From: Squalus acanthias
Taxonomy: Eukaryota
Length of the DNA stretch: 64,000 nucleotides
Assembly: GCA_030390025.1 (NCBI GenBank)
Contig: CM059432.1
Span: 80,106,001-80,170,000, forward strand
Direction: 5' to 3'
Made by a program: the position numbers and the translations under genes. Under the pieces are notes generated by a model that worked only from the letters and a program-made list of their open reading frames with translations, ran no database searches and was not told the DNA's origin. Within the stretch, counting starts at the first letter, position 1. The number at the start of each line of letters is the position of its first letter. Positions 1-12,211 of the stretch are shown one piece after another.

Positions 1-916
1 CAAGACCTGCAGCCTCCGAGCAGGGCGACGATAGCTTTCTCAGTGGCCGTCAAGGTCACCGTGGTCCTCAACTTTTTTCGCCAGCGGATCCTTCTAGTCT
101 GTAACAGGAGACATAGCTAACATCTCCCGGGTTGCCGTCCATCGCTGCATCCGGGAGGTCACAGAGGCTCTCTACTCCGTGAGAAGGGACTTCATTGTCT
201 TCTCTCTGAACAGGATGAGCGCACATGTGACTTTGTCAGGATAGCGGGCTTTCCCATGGTGCAGGGCGGCATCGACTGCACACATGTGGCTTTGCGGGCA
301 TCATGCAACAATGCTGAGATGTTCCGTAACTGCAAAGGCTACCACTCACTTAATGTGCAGCTGTTGTGAGACCACGCCCAGCACATCCTGACGGTTAATG
401 TCCACTATCCTGGCAGCAGTCATGATGCCTTCATCCTGCGCCAATTCGGTGTGCCAGCAAAATTCCAGCCATCACGTCAAACCCGAGGGTGGCTGCTCGG
501 TGACAAGGGCTATCCGCTCTGCACCTGGCTGATGACTCCCCACCACTCATGGCCAGCAATCATAATGACAGCCATGTTGCAATGAGGAGCATCATCGAGC
601 AGACCATCGGGCTGCTGAAGCAATGGTTCCGCTGCCTTGACCACTCGGGAGGAGCCCTCCATTAGTTGCCAGAGCGTGTGTCCCATTTTGTGCTGGTCTG
701 TTGCATGCTCCACAACGTGGCCATCATGAAGGCACAGCCCTTGCCACCAGGGGTTGCGGGACCACCTCAGGAGGAGGAGGAGGATGAAGAGGAGGAGGAG
801 GAAGAGGAGAGGAAGAGGAAGAGGAAGAGGAGGAGGAGGAAAGGATGAGGCAGGCAGCAAATTCCCATTCCAGACAGGCTGTCCATGAGTGTCTCATCAG
901 ACTCCGATTTGACTGA
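1..916 (+). pseudogene. Harbinger (HARBI1-like) DDE transposase pseudogene, 5' part outside the window
   Basis: GIDCTHVAL (~268-294), WLLGDKGYPL (~490-520), CCMLHN, a Glu-rich tract and an LIRLRF-type terminus, collinear with 18332-19525. Contains stops and frameshifts. Confidence 0.92.
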
Positions 917-969
917 ATGAAACCCCAGATCCCCGTTGCTCACCACTTCCCAATCATACCATCCCTCTG

Positions 970-3179
970 TCACGGAACATCACAGCGTCCTCCTGAGCAC
1001 AAAGCTGAAATGAGAGCCACCACAAAACACACATTCCAAACAAAATTAATAAATTTATCAAAATCCAATCTCAATGACAATACCAACGATTCACCCTTGT
1101 GCATTCCCTTGGTGTTGGTCTTTCGTGTGATTTTTCCTAGTCTAGTGGTCCTATGCAGTGCTCCCCCAGTGGCTGCAGCATGGCTGGTGGAAGGCTGCTG
1201 ACTTTCAGTGGTGGAGACTTCAGATGGCCTTGCAGGACAACCTTGAACAGCTCTGTACCCATAAGGCCCAGGCGTAGACTGCACCACCTTGGCATGGGCA
1301 GCAGCAGTCTGGGCTGGATGGCTGATAGGCAGCAGTAACGGCAATGGCGGAGTGGCAGTGGTGGGAGAAGGAATGCTGTCATCCTGAGAGAGGACAGCAG
1401 GTTCTTGCTCCAGAGACTCACTGCCACTTCCCTGGGGTGGCGCCTCAGCATTCCTAGCAATCTGTTGGAGCACAGATTGCTGGACTACTGTGACACCCTG
1501 CAAGCCCCTTTCGACACTCATAAACCCAATGATGATGGCAGCAGTCTGAGCTTGCGTGGCAGCAAGCTGAGCCTGCAGGAGAGCAGTCTGCACTTCCACT
1601 ACAGCACTGAGATGTTGGGTCGCTTCCGCCTGTGCTGCAATGGAAGCTGAAAGATCGCCCATCACACGCAGCATCATCCGTGGGTCCACAAGGTCTCTCC
1701 TGGAGTGGTCCATCATTTCCATCCTGGAAATCATGGGCTCCAAGCTCTGCACAAAGTCCTGTGCAATGTTGGAGCCGGACTCCTCCATGCTCCTTGACAT
1801 TGCCAAGAGGCTCTCTGGCAGGCTTGCCATTGCACCTAGCATTTTAGTGTGCATGGCCATCACCCTCCTTCTGAAGGCTGCCCCATCGAAGTCAACATCT
1901 GAGTCCTGTGGAGCAGAATTCATGTGCGAATTCGCCCTCCAGGGAGCTGACACCCGAGCTACCCTTTCCCCCTGACCTAGCTGCAGTCTACTCATGCCCG
2001 GTGCCTCATCACGTGCAGATCCCACCTCTATACTACCCTCTACATTCCGCACAGTACCATTTTCTGAGCTGGTGTCTGCGAGTGTCAGTATCTCTTCTTC
2101 TTCTTCTTCTTCTTCTCCTCCGTCAGTTTGCTGAAGATGATGAGGGACAAGCTGTGCTGGTGACACTTCTTGTGTATCTGAAAGCAGAAAGGCACAAGGA
2201 TCGGGTTGTCGTGAGGAGGCAGCAGTGGGAGGGTGGAAAGCAAGATATCCATGCATACACCTTCAGCAGCTTGTAAGTGAGCAGAGATTGTGGGATGAGG
2301 GGGAAGTGGGATGTGAAAAGAAGGATTAGATATGGCCATATCGTCATCAGCAGCAAAAGTTTCAACTTCTCCATTGTTACTGCCCCTCCAATAATTTGAA
2401 AGACGGATTCCTTGAGGTCAATCAGGATGTGAATCAATGTTCCTCGTAATTTCTTTTAGGCCGTGCAGCCCCTTTAACGGGCTGCGCGGCCCATTCAAAC
2501 GTCCGTGCATGTGCGCTTTTTCAATTTAAAAGCTGGCTCACCAGCTGCGCGGGAGGCCTGGAGCGCTGTGCGACCGCATGGCTGCGCAGCTTAAAGGGAA
2601 CATTGGTCTAAATCCTGGCTTGGCTGCCTCCCGTCTGTTGTTGCTCTCTGCCGTTGTGAGCCACCTTGGCCTGCAAGAGAAAGGGAAGTGTGTCAGTGAG
2701 TGTGGTGCAATGTGTTTGGGTGATGTGCCTGCCATGGTTGAATAGCTGTCAGTGTGTGCAAGGTGTGAGCAGTGGTAAGTGTGTGAGGGTGAAGTGAAGC
2801 CATGATTGTAAGGTATGAGTGGTGATAGCTAGAAATTGTTGATAGGTGATTGATGGGGTTGTGGTGCATTGAACAGTGTGTGAGGCTTGTGGTGGAGATG
2901 TTGGGATATGGCATTTGCTGAAGCCTTCACTTCACTCACCTTGATCAGCCGTGTGAGGTCATTAAACTTTTTGCGGCACTGGATCCATGTCCTTGGGACA
3001 ACTCTGGTGGCCGTGATGGAGTCAGCAATCTCTTCCCAAATCCTTCTGGTGATGAGCTTTGATGGCCTCTTGCCTCCCTACGGGTAAAGCACAGCCCGCC
3101 TTCGTTCCACCCCCAGGACCAAGGCCCCCAGTGCAACTTCGAAAAAACGTCTCGCTCTCCCTCTCGGCTGTTGGGCCAT
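970..3179 (-). pseudogene. Harbinger Myb/SANT-like partner gene (3 exons), decayed
   Basis: Exon 1 ~2940-3179 (..WIQCRKKFNDLTRLIK|GTGAGT), exon 2 ~2339-2670 (interrupted by a MITE), exon 3 within ORF 970-2256 after TTTCAG. Homologous to 16139-18020. Confidence 0.85.
2435..2605. mobile_element. Small hAT-like MITE inserted in Myb exon 2
   Basis: TIRs CAATGTTCC...GGAACATTG. Degenerate 8-bp flanks ATGTGAAT / GTCTAAAT (5/8 match). Confidence 0.6.
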
Positions 3180-4520
3180 TGTGTCTTTTCATCTGACAAT
3201 GAGGTGCTTCTGCAACAAAGCAGCTCCCCTTTAAGTAGTGCAGAGAGCCTTGGCCAAACTTTATTGGCCAATAGACTGCCCCTGATATTGCACCCCCCCC
3301 ACCCCCCGTTTAGCGTTAAGCCAATCAGCAGCATGTTTAGCCCTGAGATCTGCGCTCCAATCATGTTAAGGAGCACAAATTTTGCATGCTGCCTCACCGC
3401 TTAGAAGAGGAGCAGGCAAATAATGCAGGCCCGTACCACCGCCCGTTTTCGGGTCTTATCCAATTTCTAGGCCCTACTTTCTCACTCATTATTGCTTAGG
3501 TTTTCCATACATACACTGTTATGCAATAATTTTAAATCCAATGCGTATGTTGCATTATGTACAATACAAAGATAATAAGCTTCCATTAGCAGTTAGTATG
3601 AATTGATTCATGTTCATTGAACCAAAAAAAAAATCAACTCTTTGAGACAATTGTAGGGTTAGGTTATACATATTTGAAAAGATTTAATTCAATCAGAGAA
3701 TGCTGCAACCATGGAAATACTCTGTCATTCCATGCCCTTCGGCACAGATAAAATGATTGTGCAACTTTACAAAATAATTTTGCATTAGCTTTGAAGAGTA
3801 TGAGTAATAGCCATTACCAGTTGAACTGAGATACCATTTGACTTTTGCTGTTTTCTTGCTCATTTATGTGGCCTTTCGAATTTATCTCAAATTCTCGTCC
3901 CTAGCTAGTAATGGAAATATTACACACTGCAATATATACAGCAGGTGTATCAACTGCATGAGCAGTGGTGTGATTGATTGGGCTGGGACACTAAAATTTT
4001 GGATATGGCCCAAAAACGGGCGGTGTCATGGCCCAGCGCTATTTGGCTGCGCCAGTTCAAAGTGCTCCAGGCAGCACGTAAAATTTGTGCTGACTACTCA
4101 TTTACATGATTGCAGTGCTGATCTCGGCGCTAAACACACTGCTGATTGGCTTACCGCTCAAAAGGTGGGCCAATATCGGGTGTAGTGGTAATGTTTGGCC
4201 TAGTCTTTCTCCACTACTTAAAGGGGAGGTGCTTTGATGCAGCTGCACCTCATTGTCGTTGGAGCTGGAATTGGAATTGCAGTTGGAACACATGGCTGAG
4301 CACCAGCAAAGAGAATGAGCCAGAAGGTTCTCCGATGCGGCTCTGAAGACATTGGTACTGGCCGTGTAGAGGAGGTGGGCTGTCCTCTTCCCGCAGGGTG
4401 GCAGGAAGCCATCAGCCCATACATCGAGACGGCTGTGGCAAGAGATAGCTGGGTACATAACAGCCAACAGTGTGGTACGGAGAACATGGATCCAGTGCCA
4501 CAAGAAGTTTAATGACCTGC

Positions 4521-4965
4521 GAGGAGTCAGCGGCAGAGGCAGCAGAGAATAAAGAGAGCAGGACCCGAGGACAGTGGAGAGCTGTGAGGAGTCGGCGGCA
4601 GAGAATAAAGTGAGCAGGACCCGAGGACAGTGCAGAGCTGTGAGGAGTCAGCGGCAGAGGCAGCAGAGAATAAAGAGAGCAGGACCCGAGGACAGTGCAG
4701 AGCTGTGAGGAGTCAGTGGCAGAGGCAGCAGAGAATAAAGAGAGCAGGACCCGAGGACAGTGCAGAGCTGTGAGGAGTCAGCGGCAGAGGCAGCAGAGAA
4801 TAAAGTGAGCAGGACCCGAGGACAGTGCAGAGCTGTGAGGAGTCGGCGGCAGAGAATAAAGTGAGCAGGACCCGAGGACAGTGCAGAGCTGTGAGGAGTC
4901 GGCGGCAGAGAATAAAGTGAGCAGGACCTGAGGACAGTGCAGAGCTGTGAGGAGTCGGCGGCAGA
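4521..4965 (+). repeat. Tandem 65/56-bp monomer array at the CR1 5' end
   Basis: Units start at 4521, 4586, 4642, 4707, 4772, 4837 and 4893, with a partial unit at 4949. Each full unit contains AATAAA. Short units lack 9 bp. Confidence 0.95.
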
Positions 4966-5092
4966 CACAAATCCGGCGAATTCCAAAAGAATAGGCAGCA
5001 GTTTATACAATAGCAAAATACTGTGGATGCTGGAAATCTGAAATAACAACAGAAAACACTGGAAAAACTCAGCAGGCCAGCCAGCATCCGTG

Positions 5093-5131
5093 GAGTTCTG
5101 ACGAAAGGTCTTCGACCTGAAACGTTAACTC
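5093..5131 (+). ncRNA. Minimal type I hammerhead ribozyme motif (family 1) in a rearranged Penelope-like repeat fragment (5011-5136)
   Basis: GAGTT-CTGACGA-A-AGGTC-TTC-GACCT-GAAAC-GTT-AACTC: conserved core, 5-bp stem II, 5-bp stem I and a palindromic ACGT. Confidence 0.8.
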
Positions 5132-8100
5132 TGTTCTGAGTACTGGTGGGGGCGATGCTTCCTCTGGGGAGCGCAGCTAGAGACAAGTCCACGACACCAC
5201 GGGTGGCTCAGCTGTACAGGTGGTGAGGAAAAAGAGTGGAAGAGCAATAGTGGTATGGGATTTGATCGTTAGGGGAGCAGATAGGCGTTTCTGCGGCCGC
5301 AGACATGACTCCAGGATGGTATGTTGTCTCCCTGGTGCCAGCGTCAAGGATGTCACTGAGCGGCTGCAGGACACTCTGAGGGTGGAGGGTGAACAGCCAG
5401 AGGTCGTTGTTCAACGAAATAGGCAGAAAGAGGGATGAGGTCCTGCAGGCAGAGTTTAGGGAGTTAAGGAGAGAGATTAAAAAGCAGGACCTCAAAGGTA
5501 GTAATCTCCAGATTACTCCTGGTGCCACACGCTAGTGAGTACAGGAATAGGAAGATAGAGCAGATGAATGCATGGATGGAGAGATGGTGCAGGAGGGAGG
5601 GCTTTAGATTCCTGAGGCATTGAGACCATTTCTGGGGAAGGTGGGACCTGTACAAGCCAGACGGGTTACACCTCAACAGAGCCGGGACCAATATTCTCAC
5701 GGGGAGGTTTGTTAGTGCTGTTGGGGAGGGTTTAAACTAGCTTGGTAGGGGGATGGGCACCAGCATATAGAAGTAGAAAAGAGGAATAAGGTGCATAAAA
5801 GAGTGAGTGTGTTGGATAGTACTAGAGAAGAAAGTAGTACTAGAGGCGGAATTAGTACCATATTAAATAGTAGCAGACTAAGAAAGACTTCGAAAAATTC
5901 AAAAATGGGTTTGAATGCATGTATGTAAACGTACAAAGTGTGGTGAATAAGGTTGGAGAGCTACAAGCGCAATTAGCTGTGTGGCAATATGATGTTGTGG
6001 CAATAACAGAAACGTGGCTTAAAAATGGTGAGTACTGGGCACTTAATATTCAAGGGTACAAGGTGTTCAGAAAAGATAGGGAAGGAAAAAAGGGAGGTGG
6101 GGTGGCAGTGCTGATTAAGGAAGACATTGTACTGTTGGAAAGGGAGGATGTTCTTGAGGGTACAAGGACAGAATCCATTTGGTTAGAGTTCAGGAGCAAA
6201 AAGGGTATGATCACGCTATTGGGGGTATTCTATAGGCCTCCAAATAGTGAGAGGGAGGTAGAGGAGCAAATCTGCAGGGAAATCGCAGAAATATGCAAGA
6301 GCGATAGAGTAGTGATATTGGGGGACTTTAATTACCCAAATAGCGATTGGGATAATGCTAGGGTAAAGGGAAAGGAGGGGGAGGAATTTCTGAAATGTGT
6401 TCAGGAGAATTTCCTTGACCAGTATGTTCTTGGCCCAACTAGGAAGGAGGCATTGCTGGATCTGGTGCTGGGGAATGAGATGGGCCAGGTCGACTAAGTG
6501 TCTGTGGGAAAACACTTGGGTACGAGTGATCATCATATCATAAGATTTAGATTAGCAATGGAGAGGAGCAAGGAACAATCTAGAGTGGAACTTTTAAACT
6601 GGAATAGGGCTAACTTCAATGGGATGCGAAAGGATCTAGCCAGGGTAAAATGGAACCAAAGACTGACAGGAAAAACTGTAATGGAACAATGGGTGATCTT
6701 CAAGGAGGAGATGTTCCAAGTACAGACTAGGTACATTCCAACATGAGGGAAGGGTAAGGGAACCAAAGCAAGGGCTCGTTGGATGACGAGGGAGATAGAG
6801 AAGATGATGAAACAAAAAAAGAGGATGTATGATGCATGTCAGGTGAATTCTTCAAGGGAGAACCAGACCAAATACAATAAGTTGAGAGGGGATGTGAAGA
6901 TGAATATAAGATTGGCAAAGAGAGAAAATGAGAGTAGAATGGCGGTTAACATAAAAGGGAACCCAAAAATCTTCTACCGGCATGTTAGTAGTAAGCAGGT
7001 AGTAAGAGGCGGGGTGCGGCCTATTAGGGACAAAGAAAGTGATATATGCTTAGAGGCGCAGGGCAAGGCTAGAATACTCAATGAGTACTTTGTATCAGTG
7101 TTTACTAAGGAGGTGGATGCTGACAAAATATCGGTAGAAGTGGAAAAGGCAGAAGCAATGGAAGGAGTGAAAATTGAAAGACAGGATGTACTAGAAAGGC
7201 TGGGTATGCTTACAGTGGATAAGTTGCCTGGTCCAGATGGTTGCTAAGGGAACTGGGGGAGGAGATAGCGGAAGGGCTTGCCATAATTTTCCAATCTTCC
7301 CTAGATGCGGGGGGAGGTGCCTGAGGATTGGAAAGTGGCAAATGTGACACCATTGTTCAAGAAAGGGTGTAAGGATAATCCTAGTAACTACAGGCCAGTC
7401 AGTTTAACATCAGTGGTGGGTAAAGATTTAGAAACAATAATAAAGGAAAAAATTAACGGGCACTTGGAAAGGTTTAAGCTAATTAAGGAGAGCCAACACA
7501 GATTTGTGAAAGGCAGATCATGTTTGATTAATCTAATTGAATTTTTTGATAAAGTAACAGGGAAGATTGATGAAGGAAATGCAATGGTTGTTGTCGACAT
7601 GGATTTTAGGAAGGCATTTGACAAAGTACCACATAGAAGGCTAGTTAACAAAATTGGGGCTCATGGAATAGGTAGGTCAGTGGCAGCTTGGATAAGGAAT
7701 TGGCTTAAGGACAGAAAACAGCGAGATGTGGTAAATGGCTGTTATTCAGACTAGAGGATGGTAGACAGTGGTGTTCCCAAAGGGTCAGTGCTGGGGCCAC
7801 TGCTTTTTTTGATATATATATAAATGACCTGGATATTGGAATACAGAGTAGAATTTCTAAATTTGCTGATGATACCAAACTTGGGGGTGTGGCAAACAAT
7901 GATGATGATACCAATCCACTGCAACAGGACATAGAAAGGCTAGCAGAATGGGCAGACAAGTGGCAGATGGAATTTAATACAGAGAAGTGTGAGGTGATGC
8001 ATTTTGTCAGAAGGAACAGGGAGAGGCAATATACACTTAATGGCACAGTTTTAAAGAGTGTGCAGGGACAGAGGGACCTGGGAGTTAATGTGCATAGGTC

Positions 8101-8147
8101 CCTGAAGGTGGCAGGACATATTGAGAGAATGGTTAGCAAAGCATATG

Positions 8148-9038
8148 GGGGGAAAAATTCAGTTGGTTGCGCCTCCCGTTAGCGCCTTAAGAGGGCGCTA
8201 ATGGGGCGCAAAACAACTAGCGCCCAGGTGCGGCGATGTTTGCGCTGCTCGCGAAAATAACTAGACATTTTGCAGTGGCGCTAAACACTAGCGCCACCAT
8301 CTCCTGCGCTGGCAGATCGTGACGTCAGTCGAGTGCGCAACGCCCCGGTAGCGCCCCGGAGCGGATATTGAGTGGCGCCCCCTGCCTTACCGCCTGCCGC
8401 TAGCAACGACAGGTTGAGGGGAGCGTTTTGCAGTCAGGAAGGGACTGGGGGAGCGCTATTTAAAGGCGAACGCGTCCTGCCTTTTTTTGTTGGTGACATT
8501 TTTGAACCATGCATTCTGAGAGAGAGAGAGAGACTTCTGGAGAGATTCAACGCTGTGTGAAGGAGTTTTGGGTACTGAGCAGCACTTTGCAGGTTCATTT
8601 TGATTTGCCCTTCCTTGTATCGATTTAGAAGAGACTGTAGGGGCTGCACTCTGAGCTCTTTCCCTGGTACTCTCCATTGTTCTTTCCAGCAGATTTGATG
8701 TGCAGGTCTCACCAGGCCGAGATTCAAGGCTGCAATGAGCAGGATGTGGATGGAAAGCAAGATCAACCCTCCCCTTTAAGAACTGGCCCATTCCATTGTG
8801 TGTGTGTTCCATTGCTGACTGACATCACATGAGCTTCGCCAGCGTTCTGAGTTAGCGCCTCGCTCCTCGGCCTTTACGCCTTAAGACAGATGTGTAGCGC
8901 CTGATTTAGCGCTCCAATCACCTCCAGGGGCGATAAAAGTCAAGTTTGCAGTCGGAGGCGATAATTAGCGCTAGACGCTAATCTTTGCGCCCGGCCGATA
9001 ATTGCGCCCCAAATGGGGCGATACTGAATTTCTCCCCC
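8148..9038. mobile_element. Harbinger MITE, deletion derivative of the family at 15779-20036
   Basis: 16-bp TIRs GGGGGAAAAATTCAGT / ACTGAATTTCTCCCCC and TSD ATG. Both ends are homologous to the ends of 15779-20036. Removing it restores CR1 KAYGILGF. Confidence 0.93.
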
Positions 9039-9070
9039 ATGGGATCTTGGGCTTCATAAATAGAGGTATT

Positions 9071-9757
9071 GGGCTGGATTTTGATACTGGGGCGGGCTGG
9101 GGTTGTGTCATCCACTGTTCGTGTTATCCACCCGACTGCAATTGAATGTGGGAGATTGATGCAATTTTCACCTAACTGGGCAATTGAGTTCCAGCATGTG
9201 GGAACCCATGAACTAATTAGTGTTTTCAGTCTGAAAGTCGCCTCTGATGATGTCATCATTGCTGCTGCATTGAAGTTCTTCAAACACTGCCTGGCCTTTG
9301 CTGTGAGAGGACCTGCAAAATGAGCAGCAGCAGTCCTAAGTCTGCGCCCAGATATTTTCACACCACCACTCCCAGATATGTCTCCTTTCCATCCATATAT
9401 ACATCCATCCACATATGCATCACCCAGCCAGCCAGCGTCAACTATCCATATCCAAATGTGCTCCCGCCAGGTTTCACAATCGTGGTTCAGAACAGGCGTG
9501 CTTCACGTATAACAAGGGTTAAAATCACAAAGGCCTTTCAAAATGGCATTATAGAGCCAATTTAGTGCTTGTTAAGGGCCTTAACAACCTATCCCGCCTC
9601 TTAAAGGCGGGACGGAGTTGGGACCAGCAGACACGATTCAATGAAAATTGCGTGGAGGTGGGATGGAGGCGGGCTTGTGCCCGCCCGCCAGTTTTCGCAA
9701 TTTTAACCCCCCACACGTCTCCAAACCCGCCTCCACGGGTCAATGAAAATCCAGCCC
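9071..9757. mobile_element. Harbinger-type MITE (GGGCTGGATTTT family)
   Basis: TIRs GGGCTGGATTTT / AAAATCCAGCCC and TSD ATT. A near-identical copy lies at 34909-35497. Confidence 0.92.
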
Positions 9758-12211
9758 ATTGAGTACAAAAGTAGAGAAGTTATGCTGAACCTTTATAAAG
9801 CGCTGGTTAGGCCACATCTGCAGTATTATGTCCAGTTCTGGTCACCACACTTTAGGAATGATGTGAAGGCCCTGGAGAGGGTGCAGAGGAGATTTACCAG
9901 AATGGTTCCGGGGATGGGGGATCTTAGCTACAAGGACAGGTTGGAGAAGCTGGATTTGTTTTCATTAGAGCAAAGGAGGTTGAGGGGTGATTTGATAGAG
10001 GTGTACAAGATTATGATGGGTTTGGATAGGCTAGATGGGGAAAGGCTGTTCCCACTAGTTGATAGTACAAGGACTAGGGGACACAGATTGAAGGTTTTGG
10101 GCAAGAGATACAGGGAGGATGTGAGGAAAACCTTTTTTACGCAGCAAGTGGTGAGGACCTGGAACTCGCTGCCGATGGAAGTGGTGGAAGCAGAAACACT
10201 GAATGTTTTCAAGGGGAGACTGGATAGGCACTTGAGGGAAAAAAACATGCAGGGCTACGTGGATAGAGCGGGGGAATGGGACTGACTGGATTACTCTACA
10301 GAGAGCCAACACGTACTTGATGGGCCGAATGGCCTCCTCCTGTGCTGTTATGACTCTATGACCTCACACGGCAGGTCATATCCCACCATCTGCACCAGAA
10401 GCCTCACACACTGCTCAATGCACCACATCCCCATCACACACCTACCAACAATCTCTACCTTTCACCACTCAGACCTCACAAGCATTGCTTCACTCCACAC
10501 TCACAACCTTACCACTGCTGCAACAGTCACACCCAAATCTCTCACCTTGCACACACTGACAGCTATTCAACTATGGCAGGCACATCACCCAAACACATTG
10601 CACCGCACTCACTGACAGACTTCCCTTTCTCTTGCAGGCCAAGGTGGCTCACAGTCACCACAAGCAGCGGCAGACAGGAGGCGGCCAAGCTGCAATACAG
10701 GCCTTGAGCAAACTGGAGGAGTTGGTGCTCGACATCACTGGAGGGGAAGTCACCGAGGCCGTGGGAACAGGCGAAGTTGAAGCCCTTGTGGACAATAACG
10801 GTATGGTCATTCCTAATCCTTCTTCTCACATCCCCCTCATCCCACAATCTCTTCTCACTTACAAGCTGCTGATGCTGTATGCATGGATGTCTTCCTTTCC
10901 CTGCTTCCCCTCACCATAATCCAACTCTTGTGCTTTTCTGCTTTCAGATGACCAAGATCTGCCACCCACGCAGACTGTCCCCAAAGTAACGGAGGAGAGT
11001 GAAGGAGAAGTGAAGGTACACCGTCACTGCATCTGACACTCGCAGACACCAGCTCAGAAACTGGCACTGCGCGGAATTTAGAGGCTAGTGTAGATGCAGG
11101 ATCTGCACAGGGTGAGGCACCGGGCATGAGTGGGCTACAGCAGCCCAGGGGGATAGGGTAGTTCGTGGGCCAGGTCCCCGGAGGGCAGGTTCGCGGGCGA
11201 GTTCTGCTGTACATAACTCAGATGATGACCTCGATGGGGCGGCCTTCAGAAGAAGGGTGATGGCCATGCACACTAAAATGCTAGGTGCAATGGCAAGCCT
11301 GCCAGAGAGCCTCTTTTCAATGTCAAGGAGCATGGCGGAGTCCGGCTCCAACATTGGATGGGGCTTTGCACAGAGCTTGGAACCCATGATTTCCAGGATG
11401 GAAATGATGGACAACTCCAGGAGTGACCTTGTCGACCCAGCCATGATGCTGCGTGTGATGGGCGATGTCGCGGCTTCCATTGCAGCACAGGCGGAAGCGG
11501 CCCAACGTTTCAGTGCTGCAGTGGAAGTGCAGTCTGCTCTCCTGCAGTCTCAGCTTGCTGCCACGCAAGATCAGACTGCTGCCATCGTGGCTGGGTTTAC
11601 CAGTGTCAAAAGGGGCTTGCAGGTTGTCGCAGCAGCCCAGCAATATGTGCTCCAACAGATTGCTAGGAATGCTGAGGCGCCGCCCCAGGGTAGTGGCAGT
11701 GGGTCTGTCGAGCAGGAACCTGCTATTCTTTGTCAGGATGACAGCATTCCTGTTCCCACCACTGCCACTGCTCCATTGCCCTTGTCACTGCCTGTCAGCC
11801 AGCCAGCCCAGACTGCTGCTGCCTATGCCAAGGTGGTGCAGGCTACAGCCAGGCCTTCTAGGTCCACAGCTGGTTGAGGTCACCCTGCAAGGCCATCTGA
11901 AGTCTCCCCCCAGGGAAACTCAGGAGCCATGCTTCAGCCACTGGGGAAGCACTGTGTAGGAACACCAGAGTAGGAAAGGGCACACAAACGACAGGCTCTA
12001 AGGGATTGCCCAAGGGTGATCAGTTGATATTGTAATGTAAATTGAATAGTTATAAATTTATTAATTTTGTTTGGAATGTTTATTTTGTGGTGCCTCTCAT
12101 TTCAGCTTTGTGCCCCAGAGGACGCTGTGATATTCCATGACAGAGGGATGGTATGAGGGTGATGTGGTTGATAGGGATGTGGTGAACAATGGGGATCTGG
12201 GATTTCATTCA

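Larger units (their letters stand above)
1..3474. mobile_element. PIF/Harbinger DNA transposon, copy A (decayed; other end lies outside the window)
   Basis: Convergent transposase (+) and Myb-like (-) genes. Ends in CCAATTTCTAGGCCC (3460-3474), the same terminal motif as at 13404-13417. Confidence 0.9.
4519..10357 (+). mobile_element. CR1 LINE with 5' UTR, decayed ORF1 esterase and ORF2 (APE+RT)
   Basis: Esterase region (AIVVWD..DGLHLN..EGLN*), APE (ITETWL, YRPP, GDFN), RT (FADD) and a TATGACTC tail. TSD ATGACCT at 4512-4518 and 10358-10364. Confidence 0.93.
4292..11877 (+). pseudogene. Harbinger B Myb/SANT-like gene, exon 1 disrupted by a CR1 insertion
   Basis: ATG at 4292, ..WIQCHKKFNDL ends at 4518 and resumes as TRQV at 10365. 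Exon 2 10638-10800 (QTGGG). Exon 3 from ~10948 includes ORF 11257-11877, which is highly similar to ORF 970-2256. Confidence 0.87.

Noticed and set aside
1640..1975. Antisense ORF similar to 11085-11480
   Set aside because: A shadow of the Myb-like exon 3 in two related copies, with no independent evidence.
4521..4965. Regular repeat array resembling CRISPR
   Set aside because: There are no unique spacers. The units are contiguous tandem copies in a eukaryotic LINE context.
9069..9762. ORFs repeated at 34919-35640 suggesting a duplicated gene
   Set aside because: They are two copies of a non-coding MITE, with no recognisable domains.
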